From Candidatus Brocadiia bacterium (lineage in GTDB: Bacteria > Planctomycetota > Brocadiia > SM23-32), in assembly GCA_046538485.1 (NCBI GenBank), contig JBKHIT010000024.1, positions 1 to 64,000 on the forward strand: a stretch of 64,000 nucleotides of DNA, written 5' to 3'. The notes below the pieces were generated by a model that saw only the letters and a program-made list of their open reading frames with translations, did not search any database and was not told where the DNA came from. Positions 59,201 through 64,000 of the stretch are shown here, piece by piece. Every line of letters begins with the position of its first letter. Within the stretch, counting starts at the first letter, position 1. The position numbers were made by a program, and so were the translations under genes.

Positions 59201-60496
59201 ATGAGGACGTCTGCCGGCAGAATCCTGTTAGTAGTCGGTGCCGTTCTTGTGGGCGCGATCCTCATCCCCGGCGCGGGGCAAGCATCCGAAAAGAAGGAAA
59301 ACAGCGATATGGAATCAAAGGTCCGGCACATGTGGAACTGTCCTACGCCGAACCCGGACAAACGGGGCGCCGGATTTCCCGTCCTGGAGAATGCCAGACA
59401 TACGGTGGTTTTCCGGGGCACGAGGGAGGGCGGCGCGTACAATCACCACAACCAGTTGATCGTGCACAACGCCGTCTTTTACGCCATGTGGAGCAATCAC
59501 CGGTTCGGCGAGGACGGACCCGGACAGCGGGTGCTGTACTCGATCTCGCAGAACGCTGCCGAATGGAGCGATGCTGAAGTGTTGTTCCCCTCCCCGCAAA
59601 AGATGGGGCCCAGCGAGCAAAAAGGCATTGTGCTCACCGCCCTGCGCTGGGTCACGGTCAACGGTCAGCTTCATGCCGTCGCCAGGTGCCACGCTAATAT
59701 CGGCTTTGAGAACGCTGCCGGGACCGATATTGCCGATACCCGCGACGCCAAACACCCCTTTCGCGCACGCAAAAGTTACGACGGATTCTGTCGCCGGATC
59801 AATCCGGACGGTGAACCGGGGCCGATCCTGCCGCTCGGTCCTGAAACGCCGCCTGCAGACAATCTGAAGTTCACCCCGGAAAGCTGGGGAAACTCGGACG
59901 TGCGCCGAACCAGCAGGAAAGTCATTCACGCGCTTCAACAACCGGCCAATATTCCCGCGTGGAGTCCGCCCGGCATTGAAATCCCCAGGGGGATCGGTAC
60001 CCACGGTCTGTGCGAGCCGACCGTCTACCAGGCCGCCGACGGAACCTACGTAATTCTCCTGCGGGACCTGGACTATTCCCACCGGATGTACGTCAGCACC
60101 TCGAAAAATCTCCGCGAATGGCCGACCGCGCATCCCACCGACATTCCGGATTCGCCCAGCCTCAGCACCACTGTCACCCTGGAGAATGGTACGGTTCTGC
60201 TGATCGGCAATCAGATGGCGCCGAAGTTCGATAACCCGGAAAAAGGCCATTACAGCCGCGATCCACTCATGGTCTCGGTGAGCCCGGACGGCAAAACCTT
60301 CGAAAAAGCCTACGCTCTGCGCTGCGGCATCCAGGATTTCCGCGTCTCACAGTCCCTCGTCAAGGGACGCGGCGGCGGTGCCCAGTACCCCTCGGCGACT
60401 GTTCATAAAAACACGCTCTATGTTCTGTACTCAATGGGCAAGGAAGACATCTGGATTTCATCTGTTCGCCTGGCGGATATAGCGCGGGGACCGTAA
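59201..60496 (+). CDS. Exported BNR/exo-alpha-sialidase-like beta-propeller protein
   Basis: Signal peptide, YNHH, EDGPGQ, LCEP, SPDGKTF Asp-box, QYPS. Confidence 0.8.
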   Translation: MRTSAGRILLVVGAVLVGAILIPGAGQASEKKENSDMESKVRHMWNCPTPNPDKRGAGFPVLENARHTVVFRGTREGGAYNHHNQLIVHNAVFYAMWSNHRFGEDGPGQRVLYSISQNAAEWSDAEVLFPSPQKMGPSEQKGIVLTALRWVTVNGQLHAVARCHANIGFENAAGTDIADTRDAKHPFRARKSYDGFCRRINPDGEPGPILPLGPETPPADNLKFTPESWGNSDVRRTSRKVIHALQQPANIPAWSPPGIEIPRGIGTHGLCEPTVYQAADGTYVILLRDLDYSHRMYVSTSKNLREWPTAHPTDIPDSPSLSTTVTLENGTVLLIGNQMAPKFDNPEKGHYSRDPLMVSVSPDGKTFEKAYALRCGIQDFRVSQSLVKGRGGGAQYPSATVHKNTLYVLYSMGKEDIWISSVRLADIARGP

Positions 60497-60852
60497 GCCG
60501 GGTTGCGAACAGTATTTCCGCAGTCACGATGCCGGTAGGGAGACGGGCCAGCGTCGGGCGGCTTCTTGACTATGGCACGCCATCGTCCGAGCGGACGAGG
60601 GCAGGCCCGCCGCACCAGCGCCAGCACATCCGCGCCCCCGCCCCGGGGCGGAGCGAGTTTTCCCCCTGTACCGCCTCGTTACCTTTACTCCGCGGGTGGG
60701 TACCATGTCCTGGCAAAATTACTAAAAGGAGTTGACATGCGCTACGGATCCCCTCATTAATGGTATCGACTCTGGATTCCCGTAGATTGGAATACGGTGT
60801 GAACGGCGGTCCGTGACGGCGAAAAGTGAGAATAGACCCAACGAGGCATTCT

Positions 60853-62625
60853 ATGAAAGACAAAGTCAGCCAGCTGTGGACATGGATAAAGCCTTTCAAG
60901 GGCGCATTCATCCTGGCTCTTTTGCTTACCACGGTTCTCTCTTTCATCGGGATGATTCCTCCACTTCTCATGCGGAGGCTCGTAAATAATGTTGCAAAAG
61001 AGGGGGAATGGAACCTCTTTCCGTTGATCATGGTTGTTCTCATTGCTATTCCCATCCTCAGGAGTGGTATCAATCTCGTCCATGCCTTCGCCGTCAACAA
61101 AGTCGGGATCGGACTGCTGGGCAGCATGCGGAAGCGTCTTTACGCGCATCTCATGCGGCTTTCGATGGACTTTTATGAGGAAACACCACCGGGGAACATA
61201 AATCAGCGGCTCGTCGGCGATGTCGGAGCGGTTTCCGGGTTTGTCACCGGCGGTCTTGTGAACCTCGTCGCCGATGTGGTATCTGTGGTATTCGCACTGA
61301 TAGTCATGTTTAGAATCAGTCCTCTGCTGCTGGGGTTGTCCCTTTTTTTGCTCCCATTGTACGTTCTCAACTACTTTTTTTTCTCACGACGCATAGCTGA
61401 AACGAACGTTACGCTTCGCAACCATATGGACCACATTTCCTCCTTTTTGCAGGAGCGGCTCAGCGCACACGAGCTTATGCGGTCCTATGGGCAGGAGAAA
61501 CCCCAGTCCACGCATTTTAACTCTCAATCAAAGCAAATTATGGACAATGCTCTTCGCAGTGGCGCCTACAATGCGGCATTCTCCCATATTGGCGCTTTCA
61601 TCAACAGAATTGGAAACACCACCATCTTCTGCGCCGGGTGTTATCTGCTCATACGAGGACGGATGGGATACGGAGATGTAATGGCTTTCGGGGCGTATAC
61701 CACCAGTCTGCTGGGGCCACTGGTGCGATTTTCAACCGTTGCTAACCAATTCAGGCAGGTGGGAGTTTCAGTGGATCGCATCAATCAGGTTCTGCACAAA
61801 AAGCCCGGGATAACGGAAGCATCAGACCCCGTCCCTTTAACGGGGCTTCAAGGGGATATAAAATTCAGTGAGGTGGATTTTCGACATGGTGAGCCCGAAC
61901 CTGCACTGGACAATGTTTCACTTGAGATCCCTGCAGGATCCAGCGTTGCCGTGGCGGGTTTGCCGGGCGCCGGTCGCACGACTCTGGCCTTGTTACTGCG
62001 GAGGTTTTATGACCCGACCGATGGCACCATCTCTGTGGATAACGTGGATATCAAGAAATACAAACTCCATGATTACCGCAAATCCCTCGCGCTCGTTCTG
62101 CCGGAATCTGCTATTTTTGATGGCACAATACGGGAGAATATGCTGTACGGTGCCCCCGGGGCCGGGGATGAAAGGATGAGAGAGATCGCGCATCTGCTGA
62201 GCCTCGATGAATTCACTGAGGAACTGCGTGACGGATATGAAACCAGAGTAGGCTCCGGGGGGTTACGGCTACCGGCGGGAATATGCCAGAAGATCGGTAT
62301 TGCAAGGGCTTTGCTTTCCGACCCCGATGTGTTGATCACCGATGAGGCCACATCCCGACTGGACGGCGATTCGGCCGAAGCCGTTATCAGCGCCATCCTG
62401 GAAGCCATGGAGGACCGCACCTGCCTGATGGTAGTCAACAGGGTTTTGCATGCGCGGGAAACCGATTCGGTGGTTGTCCTCCAGAATGGGAGCGTGCAGG
62501 AGATCGGAGAGCATGAGACGCTGCTTCGGAAACAGGAGGGGCATTACCGGTATCTTTTCGAACAACAGTATGGTCAGCAGGCTCCGCCTTTGGATTCGAC
62601 CGAGACAACAAACGAGACAGGCTAA
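60853..62625 (+). CDS. ABC exporter half-transporter (TMD-NBD) with degenerate NBD
   Basis: Multi-TM domain followed by GLPGAGRTT, LPAGICQK, LITDEATS, VVNR. Confidence 0.88.
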   Translation: MKDKVSQLWTWIKPFKGAFILALLLTTVLSFIGMIPPLLMRRLVNNVAKEGEWNLFPLIMVVLIAIPILRSGINLVHAFAVNKVGIGLLGSMRKRLYAHLMRLSMDFYEETPPGNINQRLVGDVGAVSGFVTGGLVNLVADVVSVVFALIVMFRISPLLLGLSLFLLPLYVLNYFFFSRRIAETNVTLRNHMDHISSFLQERLSAHELMRSYGQEKPQSTHFNSQSKQIMDNALRSGAYNAAFSHIGAFINRIGNTTIFCAGCYLLIRGRMGYGDVMAFGAYTTSLLGPLVRFSTVANQFRQVGVSVDRINQVLHKKPGITEASDPVPLTGLQGDIKFSEVDFRHGEPEPALDNVSLEIPAGSSVAVAGLPGAGRTTLALLLRRFYDPTDGTISVDNVDIKKYKLHDYRKSLALVLPESAIFDGTIRENMLYGAPGAGDERMREIAHLLSLDEFTEELRDGYETRVGSGGLRLPAGICQKIGIARALLSDPDVLITDEATSRLDGDSAEAVISAILEAMEDRTCLMVVNRVLHARETDSVVVLQNGSVQEIGEHETLLRKQEGHYRYLFEQQYGQQAPPLDSTETTNETG

Positions 62626-62628
62626 ACG

Positions 62629-64000
62629 ATGTCAATAATTCGTCGACTTCTCAAATCAGAACTGATGAGTCACTGGAAGGGATGCCTGGCCGTGTTGCTG
62701 ATCGGCGTGATGGTTTCCGCCACCCCTTATGCTTTTGCCATGATGGGCCGATGGCTGGTGGATGATGTTCTTCAAGTGACGCGTAAGATCGTGCCCCCTG
62801 ACGGTGAGCGGTCCGAAGAACAGGTCGGAGACGATACCCGTTCCGAGTCTTCATCCGATGATGCCAGAGGCCTGGACGAGGAACGCCACTCTATCTTCTC
62901 GGGATCTTTTTTGCTGGCAGCATGGGGCTTCATGTGGTCGTTACAGTAGCAAGCATCGTGTCGGCCCTGGTCAACCAGCGAATGGTTCAGCGAATGAGCC
63001 ATGACCTGCGCCGGCGTGTTCACAACAAAGTTGCAACCATGGATCTGTCGGTCTTTTCACAGGAACAGGTGGGTCAACTGATGACACGTGTGATGGATGA
63101 TACCGCGGGGATTCCAGCGAATCTCACGCAGTTTGGTGTCAATGTGATTATTCAAACCTGTATGCTCATACTTGGGGTTGTGCTACTGTTCCGCATGAAC
63201 ACCCGCCTGGCGCTGATGGCGCTGGGGGCGCTGCCTTTTTACGCGGTGGTGTGCTGGTATTTTCTGCCCCGAATCGGCCGCTCTGTCGATGAAATGCGCG
63301 TTCGAGGTGCGGCGTTTAATGGGTTCATTATGGAACGTATTACAAACCTTCTCACGATTAAAAACTATGCTCAGGAAACAAGCGAGATTCACCGATTTGG
63401 CTCGGAGGTGGAGGAGAATCTTGCGTGTGCCAGACGGCAGAATCGACTGAATGTGGTTTTCAATGTCCTCACCACTCTTATAACCGGCCTTGCGGCTCTT
63501 GTCGTTTTGCTGTTTGGTTTTCTCTATATCAGGGCCGGGCGCATGGAACTCGGGGAAGTTCTCGCTTTCAATGGGATAACGTCTCAGCTGTTCGTTCCCT
63601 TGAGCGCACTTGTGAGTATGCTGGCAGTTGGGCGGAATCTGAAAGGGCTGGGCCAGAGGATATACACGTTTCTGGATGCCCCGAACGTAATCCAGGACAG
63701 TTCAGTCGGGGATGAATCTTTTGATTTTCAGGGTGATGTAAAACTGGACAACGTCTCGCTGCAGTATCATGAGGGTGGGCCGTTTGCCGTTAAAAACCTC
63801 ACGGTCCACCTGCCGGCCAAATCCACGGTGTGTGTTGTGGGGCCGACCGGATGTGGGAAGAGCTCTCTGCTGCTCCTGCTGGCACGGCTCTATGATCCCA
63901 AGGAGGGGACAATCATGCTGGACGGCACCGATATGCGGGAACTGCCGGTGTCCAACGTGCGAAAAGCCGTCGCGCAGGTATTCTATAACTGCCCGATCTT
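62629..64000 (+). CDS. ABC exporter half-transporter, frameshifted near 62862-62890 and 3'-truncated by the window edge
   Basis: The first frame gives TM1. A -1 frame, open from 62862 to the window end, encodes the remaining TMs (DLRRRVHNK...GQLMTRVMDD) and Walker A GPTGCGKS. Confidence 0.75.

Noticed and set aside
1..64000. CRISPR array or cas genes, including reading the TPR-CHAT as a type III-E Craspase component
   Set aside because: No regularly spaced direct repeats or Cas-like ORFs were seen, and the CHAT protein looks exported.

Overview
This is a bacterial chromosomal window, probably from the PVC superphylum (Planctomycetota-like). That is an inference from a DUF1559/H-X9-DG pilin-like gene, a sulfatase, a URO-D family protein and HEAT/TPR proteins. 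In order it holds: (1) a 5'-truncated TolB/PD40-TPR gene coupled to a giant putative lipoprotein with TPR - degenerate CHAT - TPR - intact CHAT (caspase-like) architecture; (2) signalling genes (a receiver protein, two related PilZ proteins, one fused to duplicated TerB-like domains, and a PAS-PAS-HD-GYP protein) around a peptide ABC importer; (3) a ~15 kb Tad/Flp pilus cluster with two Flp-like pilins, three pseudopilins, an FHA-fused ATPase, DUF192 and two FHA-membrane proteins, but no secretin or TadZ, resembling myxobacterial Kil-type Tad systems; (4) housekeeping genes, including an operon in which a glutaminase-less GMP synthase subunit precedes a CarA lacking its Cys-His-Glu triad and an intact CarB; (5) tRNA-Leu(TAG) followed by mobile-element debris (a 295-bp MITE with 28-bp TIRs), a DUF1559-type gene, a BNR/sialidase gene and two ABC exporter halves with degenerate NBD motifs, the second frameshifted and running off the window. 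No CRISPR array or rRNA was seen. All family assignments come from reading motifs by eye, not from database searches.
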